Shown: positions 1 to 10,397 of the stretch, one piece after another
How the letters are laid out: each line of letters begins with the position of its first letter
How positions within the stretch are numbered: position 1 is the stretch's first letter
DNA from: Trueperaceae bacterium
GTDB taxonomy: Bacteria > Deinococcota > Deinococci > Deinococcales > Trueperaceae
Reading direction: 5' to 3'
Assembly: GCA_965214405.1 (NCBI GenBank)
Contig: OZ243956.1
Span: forward strand, 4,352,001-4,416,000
DNA: 64,000 nt
Notes under the pieces: generated by a model
The model's database searches: none
What the model saw: the letters and a program-made list of their open reading frames with translations, nothing else
Told to the model about the DNA's origin: nothing
Position numbers and translations under genes: made by a program

Positions 1-1
1 T

Positions 2-127
2 CGGGTGGTGGGCCGGGCGCGTCTTCCCTCAACCGAGCTTGGGCTGCTGTTTCACGCAGCCGAGCACACGCAGCGGCATGTGGGGCAACTGTTGGTGACG
101 GCGCGGGTGGTTAAGGGTGGGCTGTAA
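2..127 (+). CDS. DinB/DinB_2 family protein, C-terminal part (runs off window start)
   Basis: Manual translation gives RVVGRARLPSTELGLLFHAAEHTQRHVGQLLVTARVVKGGL*, with the H-xxx-H-xxx-H-xGQ motif of DinB-like proteins. Confidence 0.7.
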   Translation, partial: RVVGRARLPSTELGLLFHAAEHTQRHVGQLLVTARVVKGGL

Positions 128-219
128 CACGCCAGCCGCACAGTTTAGGCGGTGAAGATTTTCACTTTTAGACTATTGGTTAGACTACCGGGTTGATGTC
201 GACACCTCACGTTTATCAG

Positions 220-624
220 TCAATCCCATAGAACCGTCACACCAGGAAACTTGCCAAGCTCTTCATCTCTACTGAGGATGGGAAGGCGTTCTGTAAGGGC
301 CTGGCTGGCAAGGGCGCGGTCAAAGGGGTCTTTGTGGAGGTGCTGAAGCTCACCCTCTTTGAGCGCGTGGACGCTCGAGAAGGCCAGTTCAGTAAATCCG
401 TAGCGGGCGAGCGTCGCGTGGTACGCCCCGAGAAGCGGCCCAGCTTCGGGTAATTTGCCCAAGCGGTGCTTGATGGAGAGTTCCCAGGCGGTGATGGCGG
501 AAACATAGACACGCCGTTCACGCTCCCGGATGAGCGCAAGCGCGCGCTCGGGCAACCGTTCCGGTGAGGTGTCAAACCAGAGCAGCGCGTGTGTGTCGAG
601 GAGCACGTCGGTGATTAGAGACAC
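220..624 (-). CDS. vapC: PIN-domain (VapC-type) toxin
   Basis: LLDTHALLW, SAITAWE and HKDPFDR motifs; downstream of a Phd antitoxin. Confidence 0.92.
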   Translation of the reverse strand: MSLITDVLLDTHALLWFDTSPERLPERALALIRERERRVYVSAITAWELSIKHRLGKLPEAGPLLGAYHATLARYGFTELAFSSVHALKEGELQHLHKDPFDRALASQALTERLPILSRDEELGKFPGVTVLWD

Positions 625-651
625 CGGGTTGGTACCAAATTAGTCACCAGG

Positions 652-909
652 TCAGTCACCAAGCAGGTCTGACTCATACCACGCCGCCAGTTCGTCGTCG
701 GCAAGAGGGGCAAGCGAGCGCGCCTCAAAATCCTCATGAAGTGCCTGACGGTGGTGACCCATAGGGCGCAGCGCGCCAGGCCCCTCTACCGGCACAAGCT
801 TGACAAGAGGTTTGCCGTTGCGGGCGACGATGACTTCTTCACCTCGCAAGGCGCGTTCAACCAGCTTGGAAAAGTGGGTTTTAGCCTCGTGCATGTTGAC
901 CTTGGTCAT
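652..909 (-). CDS. vapB: Phd/YefM family antitoxin
   Basis: VNMHEAKTHFSKLVERA..GEEVIVARNGKP motif; AAGGAGG Shine-Dalgarno (SD). Confidence 0.92.
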   Translation of the reverse strand: MTKVNMHEAKTHFSKLVERALRGEEVIVARNGKPLVKLVPVEGPGALRPMGHHRQALHEDFEARSLAPLADDELAAWYESDLLGD

Positions 910-997
910 TGTGCCTCCTTAGCCCATACTAGCACGAGTGGACTAAGATGGACTTTATCATGCGTTCTCGAGGGTTTTTACCCTTCCCCCATATAAA

Positions 998-1032
998 TGA
1001 CACTTGTCACCCCAACGGCTTGATATTTGGCA
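998..1032 (+). promoter_or_regulatory. Putative DesR/NarL-type operator: palindrome TGACACTTGTCA (998-1009) and degenerate copy TGATATTTGGCA (1021-1032)
   Basis: Two related 12-bp inverted repeats, 23 bp apart start to start, upstream of a CATACT -10-like box and the ABC operon that encodes the regulator. Confidence 0.55.
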
Positions 1033-1083
1033 GTGGGCGGCCTCTCTCTAAACGCGCATACTGACCGTGTAAAGGAGGTCAGG

Positions 1084-2055
1084 ATGACAAGTTTTCAACA
1101 CGCAACACCTCAGACTAAAAGGCGCGAATTTGGACTAAATGAAGCCGCAGCGTCTATTGCCGAACTCACCAACGTCAGCAAAACCTACGGCGAGGTGCAG
1201 GCGCTTCGTAACGTCAGCTTTAGCGTCCGCGCGGGGGAGGTGGTGGCGGTGTTGGGACCCAACGGCGCGGGCAAAACGACGGCGGTCAGCCTCCTGCTCG
1301 GGCTGCTCCGCCCGACGGCGGGCGCGGCGAGGCTTTTTGGCGAGGACCCGCAGGATATTCAGACCCGCACCCGCGTGGGCGCGATGCTGCAACTTTCGGG
1401 CGTGCCCGAGACGGTGAGGGTGAGGGAGCACATCGCGCTCTTTTCAAGCTACTACCCCAACCCGCTGAGCCTCAAGGAAACGCTTCAGGCGGCTGACCTT
1501 GTGGGGCTCGAAGGGCGCCTTTACGGCAAGCTCTCGGGCGGCCAAAAGCAGCGGCTGCACTTAGCCCTCGCGCTCTGCGGAAACCCCGACCTGCTCTTTT
1601 TGGACGAACCCACCACCGGCCTGGATGTGGAGGCGAGGCGCGCGCTGTGGGAGCGGGTGCGCGGCTTTATCGCCTCAGGGCGGACGGTGGTCTTGACGAC
1701 GCACTATTTAGAGGAGGCCGACGCGCTGGCCGACCGCATCATCGTCATCAACAAGGGCGAAAAGATTGCCGAGGGCACGCCCGCTGAAATAAAATCTCGC
1801 ACGGCGGGGCGACGGATTCGCTGCGTCACCAGGGTGAGCCCGGACGAAGTGAGGGGTCTCGCAGGCGTGACCTCGGTTATGGCGCAAGGAGCGGCGCTGG
1901 AGATTCTGGCAACCGAAGCCGAGCCCGTGGTGCTGGCGCTCTTGCAGCGTGACCCCGATCTGCGCGACCTGGAAGTGACGGGGGCGGGGCTCGAGGATGC
2001 TTTCTTGGCTCTCACCCAAAACAAAACACAAGCTCAAAAAGGAGTTCCCGCATGA
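1084..2055 (+). CDS. ABC transporter ATP-binding protein (YvfR/CcmA-like)
   Basis: GPNGAGKT, LSGGQ and LFLDEPT motifs; start placed at ATG 1084 after AAAGGAGG. Confidence 0.93.
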   Translation: MTSFQHATPQTKRREFGLNEAAASIAELTNVSKTYGEVQALRNVSFSVRAGEVVAVLGPNGAGKTTAVSLLLGLLRPTAGAARLFGEDPQDIQTRTRVGAMLQLSGVPETVRVREHIALFSSYYPNPLSLKETLQAADLVGLEGRLYGKLSGGQKQRLHLALALCGNPDLLFLDEPTTGLDVEARRALWERVRGFIASGRTVVLTTHYLEEADALADRIIVINKGEKIAEGTPAEIKSRTAGRRIRCVTRVSPDEVRGLAGVTSVMAQGAALEILATEAEPVVLALLQRDPDLRDLEVTGAGLEDAFLALTQNKTQAQKGVPA

Positions 2056-2852
2056 CCCACGCACGTTCAACCGCCGCGGCAGCCCCCAAACGCAATCTGG
2101 CGCGTATTTATGCGCTCGAGGCCAAAACTGAATTCCTAAAACTTTGGCGCTTGCCCGCCTACTCGGTCGCCACCCTCGTGTTCCCGCTCATGTTTTACGT
2201 GATTTTCGGCTCCGCCTTTGGCGGCGAGTCGGCGGGTCCGGTGTCTATAAGCACCTACATGCTCGCCACCTACGGCGCGTTCGGCGTGATTGCGGCGGCG
2301 CTCTTCGGCTTCGGCGTGGGCATTTCGGTGGAGCGCGGGCAGGGCTGGATGCGCCTAAAACGCGCCTCGCCGATGCCGCCCTTGGCTTACTTTGTCGCCA
2401 AAATGGTCATGGCGCTTCTTTTTAGCGCGATTGTCGTCCTGGCGCTCTTTCTCTTTGGCGCGCTTCTCTACGGGGTGAGGCTGTCCTTGGGCACCTGGGC
2501 CGCGCTTTTCGGCACGCTCCTCGCCGGGGTTTTGCCTTTTTGCGCGATGGGGTTGGCGTTCGGCTACCTGCTGGGTCCCAATTCCGCGCCGCAGGTCATC
2601 AACCTTGTCTATTTGCCGATGGCCTTTGCCTCGGGGCTGTGGCTGCCCATCGAGCAGTTGCCGGGTTTTCTCCAGCACCTAGCGCCCTACCTGCCGCCGT
2701 ACCACTACGTGCAACTCGCGCTGGGCACCTTTGGCGCGAGTCGGGACGGCGCGACCGGACTTCACTTGGCCGCGCTGCTCGGTTTTACCGTGGTTTTTCT
2801 CGTCGTCGCGGTGTGGGCGTACCGGCGCGACGAGGGCAAGACGTACGGCTGA
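2052..2852 (+). CDS. ABC-2 type permease (YvfS-like)
   Basis: Six hydrophobic segments, ERGQGW motif, ATGA overlap with the ATPase gene. Confidence 0.9.
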   Translation: MTHARSTAAAAPKRNLARIYALEAKTEFLKLWRLPAYSVATLVFPLMFYVIFGSAFGGESAGPVSISTYMLATYGAFGVIAAALFGFGVGISVERGQGWMRLKRASPMPPLAYFVAKMVMALLFSAIVVLALFLFGALLYGVRLSLGTWAALFGTLLAGVLPFCAMGLAFGYLLGPNSAPQVINLVYLPMAFASGLWLPIEQLPGFLQHLAPYLPPYHYVQLALGTFGASRDGATGLHLAALLGFTVVFLVVAVWAYRRDEGKTYG

Positions 2853-2953
2853 GATTATTAGTCACTAAGGCTCGAGCAGGGCGTAAAGCTTTAAGAACCA
2901 CAAGATTTACGGTTATATGACGTGAGGGCCTCGAGCCCTCTAAGGAGGTAAAT

Positions 2954-4186
2954 ATGCAAGTCAAATTAAAGTTCATCATGCTGCTCGTCGTAGCCGCGTT
3001 TTCTCTAACGTTCGCGCAAGGAGAAGTCGCCAGAGAAGCGCTCACCATCGACTTCGGAGACTTCCAAACCCAAGCTGAACTCACCTATCCCGCGCAGGGC
3101 AACGGCCCCTTTCCGACCGTCGTCTTGATTCACGGCTCGGGTCCCGAGGATATGGACGCCGCGATTTTTGGCTTTGGTGCGGACAACCAGCCCGTGCTCC
3201 TCTCGTCCATCTTTGGGGACATCTCGGACCACCTGAGCGCGCACGGCTTCGCGGTGCTGCGCTACAACAAGCACTACGTGACGGGGCCGGGAGAGGCGGA
3301 TTTTAGGAAGTTTTACACCCAACTCGACTTGCCGCAGATGCTCGCCGACTCGGAAAAAGTCTTGGACGCAGCCGAAGCAAATCCCAAAGTGGATAAGCAG
3401 CGCGTGTTCCTCTACGGCTGGAGCGAGGGGAGCACGGTGGCGGCGGCGTTGGCGGCGAAACGTCCTGAACTGGCCGGTTTAATCGTCCAGGGTCCCGTTG
3501 TCGAATCCTGGCGCGACCTGTTTCTTTATCAGATTCTCGACGTCGGCTTGCCCTACGTGCGCCAAGGCTCGCCTGATGGGCAGGTGACGGTAGACACGTT
3601 GAGAACGTTGCAAGCAGGGGACGGCGGCATGGTCGCCAAGGGCATTCTCTACTATATCGGCGACCCCGTCAGCCTTCAGCAAGGGAAGCTGGCAGTCAAT
3701 CCCGCGCTCGACACGGACCGGGACGGAACGTTGGAAGCGGATGAACTGACGCTCGAGGCGCTCGAGACGCTTGTGGACGGTCACTTCAGCCCACAAGGGT
3801 TCGCGGCTATCTACACACCCGAGCGCGCGCTACCCGACCTCGGCGAGCAAGCGCCCAACCTCACGATGCCCGTGCTCATCCTCCAGGGGGCCAACGACGC
3901 CAACGTTCCGGCGAGTGGGGCGCAGGCGCTGAATGCGGAGTTGGAGCGCGTGGGCAACCCCGACCACACGCTAAACCTGTACCCAGGCTTGGGGCACTCG
4001 CTGGGGGAAACGAGGAGCGTCATCACGGACAACTTCGAGCCCATCGCGCAGCCTCCCTTAGAAGACTTGGTGGCGTGGTTGGAGGCGCGTTCTGGAGGTA
4101 ACAGCGGTCGTACGGGCGTTCAAAGCGGGGGTGCTGGTGGTGACGGTGACAGCGGTGGTGACACTGGCGGCTACAGTGGCGGCTAG
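2954..4186 (+). CDS. Secreted alpha/beta hydrolase (S9/S15-like) with Gly-rich C-terminal tail
   Basis: Signal peptide, HGSG, GWSEG nucleophile elbow, QGAND and GHSL motifs. Confidence 0.85.
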   Translation: MQVKLKFIMLLVVAAFSLTFAQGEVAREALTIDFGDFQTQAELTYPAQGNGPFPTVVLIHGSGPEDMDAAIFGFGADNQPVLLSSIFGDISDHLSAHGFAVLRYNKHYVTGPGEADFRKFYTQLDLPQMLADSEKVLDAAEANPKVDKQRVFLYGWSEGSTVAAALAAKRPELAGLIVQGPVVESWRDLFLYQILDVGLPYVRQGSPDGQVTVDTLRTLQAGDGGMVAKGILYYIGDPVSLQQGKLAVNPALDTDRDGTLEADELTLEALETLVDGHFSPQGFAAIYTPERALPDLGEQAPNLTMPVLILQGANDANVPASGAQALNAELERVGNPDHTLNLYPGLGHSLGETRSVITDNFEPIAQPPLEDLVAWLEARSGGNSGRTGVQSGGAGGDGDSGGDTGGYSGG

Positions 4187-4226
4187 GGTCGCGCTTGCGT
4201 TCGGCTGAGGCTCTACAATAAACGCT

Positions 4227-5378
4227 ATGTTCGCCTCCATCTCACCTAAAAAGATTGGCTGGGAGCCCTACCTTTACCTCATCTACCTGGGCTTTTTCTT
4301 CCTTCAGCCCATCTTCGACCCGTCGTTTGGCACCCTAAAATGGCTTGCTACTTTGGGGACGGTGGCTCTTTTCTTACCTCTCTATTTACGGGCTTTCGGG
4401 CAGCGAGGCTTTCCAAAACTCTATGCGGTCGTCGTCATGGTCGTGTTGGGTTTTGTGTCGGTTCAGTTTTTTAACACGGGCGGCACGGTCTTTTTTATCT
4501 ACGCGGCGGCTGCGGCTGCCTATGTGGGGAGGCCGCGCCTCGTGCTGCGGGTGCTGCTGGGGGTTCTCGCGGCGCTCGTGGTCGCCTTTGCGTTGTCGCC
4601 CCTGCCGCTGCCGGACCGTCTTTGGATGTTCGTGTGGCCTTTTTTATTTTCGCCTATGGTCGCCGCGCTCAACACCTTCCAGCTCGAGCGCGAACACAAT
4701 AACGCCAAGCTGCTCAGGGCGCAAGACGAAATCGAGCGCTTGGCGACCGTGGCCGAACGCGAGCGCATCGCGCGCGATCTTCACGACTTGCTGGGCCACA
4801 CGCTCTCGGTGATTACGCTCAAGGCCGAGCTGGCCGCCAAACTTGTCCAACACGACCCGGCTCGAGCCGAAGGGGAGATGCGCGACGTCGAGCGCATTTC
4901 CAGAGACGCGTTATCAGAGGTGCGGAGCGCGGTGCGGGGCTACCGGGCGCAGGGGCTTGAGGGGGAACTGGTAAGCGCCAGGGTGATGCTGGAAACCGCG
5001 CAAATCACCTTTGACTACTACGCCGAACCCTTAACGCTCTCGCCCGTGCAAGAGGCCACGCTCTCGCTGGCCCTGCGCGAGGCGGTGACCAACGTGGTTC
5101 GGCACGCGGGCGCGTCGCGCTGCGCGGTGCGGTTGCGGCAAGACGGAGCGCAAGAGGGGGTGGTATTGGAGGTCCAGGATGACGGCTGCGGCGGCGACGC
5201 GCCTCCAGGCTCCGGGCTCTCCGGGATGCGCGAGCGGGTGGGGGCGCTGGGCGGACGCGTGACGCGTGAGGCCAAGGGCGGCACCCACCTCACCGTCTTT
5301 TTACCCGCTGCGACGACTGACGCGTCATCTGAAAGCGCGTTTGACAGAACCTGCGCTCCCGCGCCTCGCACCGCATGA
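4227..5378 (+). CDS. DesK/YvfT-like membrane sensor histidine kinase (HisKA_3)
   Basis: ERERIARDLHDLLGH, REAVTNVVRHA and DDGCG motifs. Confidence 0.93.
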   Translation: MFASISPKKIGWEPYLYLIYLGFFFLQPIFDPSFGTLKWLATLGTVALFLPLYLRAFGQRGFPKLYAVVVMVVLGFVSVQFFNTGGTVFFIYAAAAAAYVGRPRLVLRVLLGVLAALVVAFALSPLPLPDRLWMFVWPFLFSPMVAALNTFQLEREHNNAKLLRAQDEIERLATVAERERIARDLHDLLGHTLSVITLKAELAAKLVQHDPARAEGEMRDVERISRDALSEVRSAVRGYRAQGLEGELVSARVMLETAQITFDYYAEPLTLSPVQEATLSLALREAVTNVVRHAGASRCAVRLRQDGAQEGVVLEVQDDGCGGDAPPGSGLSGMRERVGALGGRVTREAKGGTHLTVFLPAATTDASSESAFDRTCAPAPRTA

Positions 5379-5977
5379 TTCGCGTGCTTATCGCCGAAGA
5401 TCAGGGGATGGTGCTGGGCGCGCTCGCGGCGCTTTTGGAGCTAGAGGGCGACATCGAGGTGGTGGCGCAGGCCAAAGACGGGGCGGAAGCCCTGGCGCTC
5501 GCGCAAACGCACCAGCCGGACGTGCTGCTAACCGATATTGAGATGCCCAAGATGACGGGGCTCGAGCTGGCTGCCGAAGTCAAAAGAGAGTTGCCCAAAA
5601 CCCGCGTTATCATCCTCACGACCTTCGCGCGCGGCGGCTACTTGCGCCGCGCGCTCACCGCGGGGGCGTCGGGCTACTTACTCAAAGACGCGCCCGCGCG
5701 CGAGCTCGCCGAGGCGGTGCGCCGCGTGAACGCAGGGGGCCGCGCCGTGGACCCCGAGTTGGCCGCCGAGGCCTGGGGCGAGCCCGACCCGCTGACCGAC
5801 CGCGAAAGGCAGGTGTTGCGTTTAGCGGGGCAGGGGAGAACGAGCGCGGACATCGCTGCGACGTTGGAGCTTTCGGACGGCACGGTGCGAAACTACCTCT
5901 CCGAGGCCATCAGCAAGCTCGGCGCGGGTAACCGGGTCGAGGCGGCGCGGATTGCTCGTGAAAAAGGCTGGCTGTAA
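5375..5977 (+). CDS. DesR/NarL-family response regulator
   Basis: REC domain (AEDQ, DIEMP) and LuxR HTH (GTVRNYLS). Confidence 0.95.
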   Translation: MIRVLIAEDQGMVLGALAALLELEGDIEVVAQAKDGAEALALAQTHQPDVLLTDIEMPKMTGLELAAEVKRELPKTRVIILTTFARGGYLRRALTAGASGYLLKDAPARELAEAVRRVNAGGRAVDPELAAEAWGEPDPLTDRERQVLRLAGQGRTSADIAATLELSDGTVRNYLSEAISKLGAGNRVEAARIAREKGWL

Positions 5978-6059
5978 CCTGAAGGCGTAGCTTTAACCTG
6001 AAGGCGTTCTTTTGTCGTTCAGGACATCTTCTCACCGAAGGTGTTAGTATACTCCTGCT

Positions 6060-6584
6060 ATGACCATCAGACCATTCACCAAAACCAAGCTATCCATCTT
6101 TGCCCTCGCCCTAACCCTCCTCCTCGCCCTCTTCTGGATGACGTCCAACTTAAGCGCGCAAGAGGGCGGCACGCGCCTTGTTTACGTGAACTCTCGTGAG
6201 GCTGTCGCGTCGCGTCCCGAGTGGGCCAACATACAGGCGCTTCAGACGCAAGCCCAAACTGAACTTGGCGGTCTTCAGGACCAGTTGCAGGTACTTCAAG
6301 ACAAAGCCAACTCCGGCCAAGCCCTCACCACCCAAGAACGTGAAACGGGGACGACGCTCCAACAGACGCTCATCGCCACCCAGCAGCGCTGGCAGGAAGA
6401 CATCGCCGCGGCGACGGAGCCCGCGGTCGCCGCCGTGCAGGCCGCTATCGAAGCGGTTGCCCAGGAGAACGGCTACGACCTCGTGCTTGACGGCGCTGTG
6501 GCGGGTCAGTCCGGCATCAACTTAGTAGTCTACGCCAACGACAGTTTGAACATCACCCAGCAGGTGATCGAGCGCGTTCGTTAA
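6060..6584 (+). CDS. OmpH/Skp family periplasmic chaperone
   Basis: Signal peptide, LVYVN, coiled coil, VAQENGYDLVLD..NITQQVI. Confidence 0.8.
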   Translation: MTIRPFTKTKLSIFALALTLLLALFWMTSNLSAQEGGTRLVYVNSREAVASRPEWANIQALQTQAQTELGGLQDQLQVLQDKANSGQALTTQERETGTTLQQTLIATQQRWQEDIAAATEPAVAAVQAAIEAVAQENGYDLVLDGAVAGQSGINLVVYANDSLNITQQVIERVR

Positions 6585-6604
6585 TCTTCGAGATTAAACT
6601 CTGT

Positions 6605-6639
6605 GGGAGCGTCGGCTTAGCCTTCGCTCCCTTTTTTTT
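6605..6639 (+). terminator. Intrinsic terminator after the Skp gene, overlapping the trmD 3' end
   Basis: GGGAGCG..GGC-TTA-GCC..CGCTCCC stem followed by T8. Confidence 0.7.
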
Positions 6640-7366
6640 GCGCCTTCCGCAATCCTTCCAAAAATCTCCTGTCGTCCTCTGTGAGGGGGGCGGTTTTCAG
6701 CAAGTCCGGGCGGCGCTCGAGCGTCCGTTTCAGCGCCTCCTCCCGCCGCCAGCGGGTGATGTTGGCGTGGTGACCGCTGGTAAGCACCTCCGGGATACCC
6801 ACGCCCGCGTGCTCGCTGGGGCGGGTGTACTCAGGATAGTCGAGCAGCCCCGTCGTAAAGGAATCCTGCGCGTGGCTCTCGGCGTCACCCAGCACGCCCG
6901 GCAGGAGTCTGGCGGTCGCCTCGATGAGCGCGAGCGCCGCCACCTCGCCGCCCATCAGCACAAAGTCGCCGACGCTCACCTCCCGCGTCACCAGCCCCTC
7001 GACGCGCGCGTCGAAGCCTTCGTAGCGGCCACAAAGGAGGAGGAGGTGCGTTTTTTGGGCGAATTCTTCGGCCAAGGCCTGCGTGAGGGGTTCGCCCGCC
7101 GGGGAGAGGAGGATGGTCTCGTCGGGCGGCGGCTCGTCCTGCGCGGCTTCGGTAAGCGCGCTCGCCGCCACGTCCACCCGGATGACCATGCCCGCCCCGC
7201 CGCCGTAGGGCGCGTCGTCCACGCTCCGGTGTTTGTTATGCGCGTGGTCGCGCAGGTCGCGCACCTCAAATGACACCAGCCCACGCTCCACCGCGCGGCC
7301 TAAGAGTGCTTCGCGTGTCCAGGGCTCGAGCAGCGAAGGAAAAAGCGTGTAGACGGTGTATTTCAT
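6617..7366 (-). CDS. trmD: tRNA (guanine37-N1)-methyltransferase
   Basis: [29 protein letters not shown] and [10 protein letters not shown] motifs; conserved operon. Confidence 0.98.
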   Translation of the reverse strand: MKYTVYTLFPSLLEPWTREALLGRAVERGLVSFEVRDLRDHAHNKHRSVDDAPYGGGAGMVIRVDVAASALTEAAQDEPPPDETILLSPAGEPLTQALAEEFAQKTHLLLLCGRYEGFDARVEGLVTREVSVGDFVLMGGEVAALALIEATARLLPGVLGDAESHAQDSFTTGLLDYPEYTRPSEHAGVGIPEVLTSGHHANITRWRREEALKRTLERRPDLLKTAPLTEDDRRFLEGLRKAQKKGSEG

Positions 7367-7543
7367 TCGTTCACGTGACGTAGATTTTGGACGAAATTGA
7401 GGAGTGAGGAAGTACCGGGTACCGAGTGGAAAGTAGAAAGTGACGTCAAAAGTTGCTCCCCCACGCCCTACGTCCTCTGCTCCCTACTCAAAAGCGTGTG
7501 TGAGAAAGGCTGGCAAGGTAGCTGCTGTGAATCTACTGGAAGT

Positions 7544-8077
7544 TCACTGCGGTCGGTGCAGCTCAAAAAGTCCCTCGGGCGCGTCTAAGATAGCGACGCC
7601 CTCTTCACTCAGGTGAACATAATCGGCTTGGAGCGGGACCAAAATTTCTTCACCGTCACGTTCGACAATCAGCAAATCCTGACCGCCCGCCTCTATAAAA
7701 TCCATGACCTCACCAAACGCTTCTCCGTCTACCATAACGGGCAAGCCGATGAGCAGGTCGATATAAACGTCGCCTTCTTTGGGTGGCGGCAGGGCGTCGG
7801 GCGGGGCGTAGAGAGCGCGGTTCACGAGAGATTTGGCCGACTCGACGGTGGGAACGCCCTCGAGATACACAATAAGCTGTTCCCCAACGACGCGCACGCG
7901 CTTTACAGCTCTTTTCCCCAGCCCCTCGACGAACACCTCTTCCAGCGCGCGGACGGCTCCTCTTTCGGCGTTGCCCAGTCCGTAGAAGCGCAGGCCCCCC
8001 TCGAGCTGAAACGTCTTGCCAAACTGACCCAGCAGCACGGCGTCTTCTGGAAGTGTCGTGTCAAGGCGGTCCATCAC
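7544..8077 (-). CDS. rimM: Ribosome maturation factor RimM
   Basis: RimM N-terminal and PRC-barrel motifs; lies between the KH gene and trmD. Confidence 0.9.
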   Translation of the reverse strand: MMDRLDTTLPEDAVLLGQFGKTFQLEGGLRFYGLGNAERGAVRALEEVFVEGLGKRAVKRVRVVGEQLIVYLEGVPTVESAKSLVNRALYAPPDALPPPKEGDVYIDLLIGLPVMVDGEAFGEVMDFIEAGGQDLLIVERDGEEILVPLQADYVHLSEEGVAILDAPEGLFELHRPQ

Positions 8078-8123
8078 GCGTCTATTAGGATTTTCTCGGT
8101 TGATAGGGTGTCAAAAGTGTCTG

Positions 8124-8354
8124 TCAATCAATGAGCTGGACTTCAATGCGCTGCCGCCCGTCCGAGGCGGCGCGGGCGAGCGTGCGGATGCTGTTGATGA
8201 CGCGCCCGCCGCGCCCGATGATGCGCCCCGTGTCGCTCTTCGCGCAGCGGATTTCGATGCGCGTGCCCCGCGGATCGCGCTGCGCGCCAATCACGAGTTC
8301 TTCGGGCACCTCCACGAGGTGCTGAACGATGAAAGTGACGAGCTCGAGCGCCAT
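8124..8354 (-). CDS. khpA: KH-domain RNA-binding protein
   Basis: DTGRIIGRGGRVINSIRT motif; between rpsP and rimM. Confidence 0.9.
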   Translation of the reverse strand: MALELVTFIVQHLVEVPEELVIGAQRDPRGTRIEIRCAKSDTGRIIGRGGRVINSIRTLARAASDGRQRIEVQLID

Positions 8355-8362
8355 CTTACCCT

Positions 8363-8686
8363 TTAAGCCCCGGCTGTCTGGGTTTGGGAACCCGCCTGAA
8401 CGCGCTCGGTATAGCCTTTGGAGCGCTTTTCCATCACCTTACCGACGTCGACGCCCGCCTGCTCTAACAGCCGAATCGCCGTGCCCGTGGGCTGCGCGCC
8501 CTCGCCGAGCCAGTATTGCGCGCGCTCGTTGTCGATTTTCAGCGGCGTCTCGACCGTTTTGCGCGGGTCGTAGTAGCCGAGCGACTCGATGTAGTCAGCC
8601 GAACGCTTTTTGCGCGCGTCCACCACCACCACGCGGTAGTGCGGGTTTTTCTTCGCGCCCATGCGCATAAGACGAATTTTTACCAT
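8363..8686 (-). CDS. rpsP: 30S ribosomal protein S16
   Basis: [21 protein letters not shown]; start reassigned to ATG 8686. Confidence 0.98.
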   Translation of the reverse strand: MVKIRLMRMGAKKNPHYRVVVVDARKKRSADYIESLGYYDPRKTVETPLKIDNERAQYWLGEGAQPTGTAIRLLEQAGVDVGKVMEKRSKGYTERVQAGSQTQTAGA

Positions 8687-8902
8687 CACAAACCTTCTTT
8701 CGTTGAATATCTGTTGCAGTTTTAGGACTGCCAAAGAGCTTACTATACACCATCGTAGCAGGTGTCATCTGGTTTGAGCGAGATTCAGTCTGTACCTTAC
8801 TGTATCGACTGTACAAGACGTAGTTTGAGAGATGGTACCTGCCTGAACTCACTGTCTCCAAAACCGCTGTAAACCTGCTTAGTCACCTTGTAGCGCCCAA
8901 CC

Positions 8903-10213
8903 CTAACGTCCCAACCTGGGTCCCGCGCCGCGACCGGGGGGACGGCGGCCCATCTGCTTCATCATCTTTTTCATGCCCTCATAGTTTTTCATGAGCCGGT
9001 TTACGTCCTGGACGGTCGTGCCCGAGCCCGCGGCGATGCGCTTGCGGCGGCTCGCGTTGAGAAGGGCGGGTTTGCGGCGCTCGCGGTCGGTCATGCTCGA
9101 GATGATCGCCTCGACCCGCGCAATCTCGCGCTCGTCGATCTCAGCGCCGCCCAAGAGCTTGTTGGCCCCTGGGATGAGCTTGATAATGTCTGAAAACGAG
9201 CCCATCCGCTTGATTTTTTGCATCTGCGTGAGCATGTCTTGCAGCGTAAAGTCCTTGAGGCTCTTGATGTCCTCTTCGTCGTCGCCCTCGAGCACCTTGG
9301 CTTTTTCAATGAGCGTCATCACGTCGCCCATGCCCAGGATGCGCCCGGCGACGCGGTCGGGATAGAAGGGCTCCAAACCGTCCACGCGCTCGCTCATCCC
9401 GGCAAAATAGATGGGCTTACCCGTGACGTGTTTGGCGGATAAGGCCGCGCCGCCCCGCGCGTCGCCGTCGAGCTTGGTCATCACGAGTCCGGTAAGGCCG
9501 ATGCGCGCGTCAAAGGCGGTCGCCACGGGCAAGGATTGCTGACCCGTCATCGCGTCCACGACCAGCATCGCCTCGCTCGGTTTGAGCACCTCTTTAAGGT
9601 CGGCGAGCGCGTCCATGAGATTTTCGTCAATCTGCAAGCGTCCCGCCGTGTCGACGATGACGAGGTCGCGGTAATTTGTTCTCAAGTACGCGTCAAGACG
9701 CTCTTTGGTGCGCTTGGGCGTCTCGTTGTCTTCCACTTCCAGCACCGGCACGTTGATTTGACTCCCCAAAACGCGCAACTGGTCGCGCGCCGCGGGGCGC
9801 TGCGTGTCGGCGGCGACCAGGAGCGGCCTGCGACCCTGAGACTTGTACTTGTACGCGAGCTTGCCCGCGGTGGTCGTTTTACCCGCGCCCTGGAGCCCCA
9901 CGAGCATCCACACGTTACCTTCGTTTTTGAGGTCCGGCTGCACCGCTTTACCGCCCAGGATGCTCACCAGCTCGTCGTGAACGATTGAAATCACGCGCTG
10001 GTCGGGCTGGAGCGACATCAGCACTTCGGAGCCGATGGCTTTTTCTTGAACGCGCCGGGTAAATTCCTTGGCGACGTCTAGGTTCACGTCCGCCTCGAGT
10101 AGCGCAATACGCACCTCGCGCAACGCCGCCTTGACCTCGCCCTCGGTCAGTTTGCCGCGCCCGCGCAGGCCGTCGAATACGGTTTGAAGTCTGTCGCCTA
10201 AACTCTGAAACAT
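8903..10213 (-). CDS. ffh: Signal recognition particle protein Ffh
   Basis: [24 protein letters not shown] motifs and Met-rich M domain. Confidence 0.98.
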   Translation of the reverse strand: MFQSLGDRLQTVFDGLRGRGKLTEGEVKAALREVRIALLEADVNLDVAKEFTRRVQEKAIGSEVLMSLQPDQRVISIVHDELVSILGGKAVQPDLKNEGNVWMLVGLQGAGKTTTAGKLAYKYKSQGRRPLLVAADTQRPAARDQLRVLGSQINVPVLEVEDNETPKRTKERLDAYLRTNYRDLVIVDTAGRLQIDENLMDALADLKEVLKPSEAMLVVDAMTGQQSLPVATAFDARIGLTGLVMTKLDGDARGGAALSAKHVTGKPIYFAGMSERVDGLEPFYPDRVAGRILGMGDVMTLIEKAKVLEGDDEEDIKSLKDFTLQDMLTQMQKIKRMGSFSDIIKLIPGANKLLGGAEIDEREIARVEAIISSMTDRERRKPALLNASRRKRIAAGSGTTVQDVNRLMKNYEGMKKMMKQMGRRPPGRGAGPRLGR

Positions 10214-10340
10214 AGCCTAAAAGTGTCCTAACCGCCCTCTGGGGCATCTAAGTAAGCGTAACGGATGGGGGGGTAAAGGTCAAGAAAATGTGGACTTTTG
10301 AACCAGGAGCTGGGCTCGAGCCTACGCGTAAAGAGACGGC

Positions 10341-10370
10341 AAAGACAAAAGGCGACTTTGCAGCCGCCTT
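10341..10370 (-). terminator. Intrinsic terminator downstream of the DUF427 gene
   Basis: Minus strand reads AAGGCGGC-TGCAAA-GTCGCCTT-TTGTCTTT. Confidence 0.65.
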
Positions 10371-10397
10371 CATTATCCGCTTACTGCCTTATAAAGG

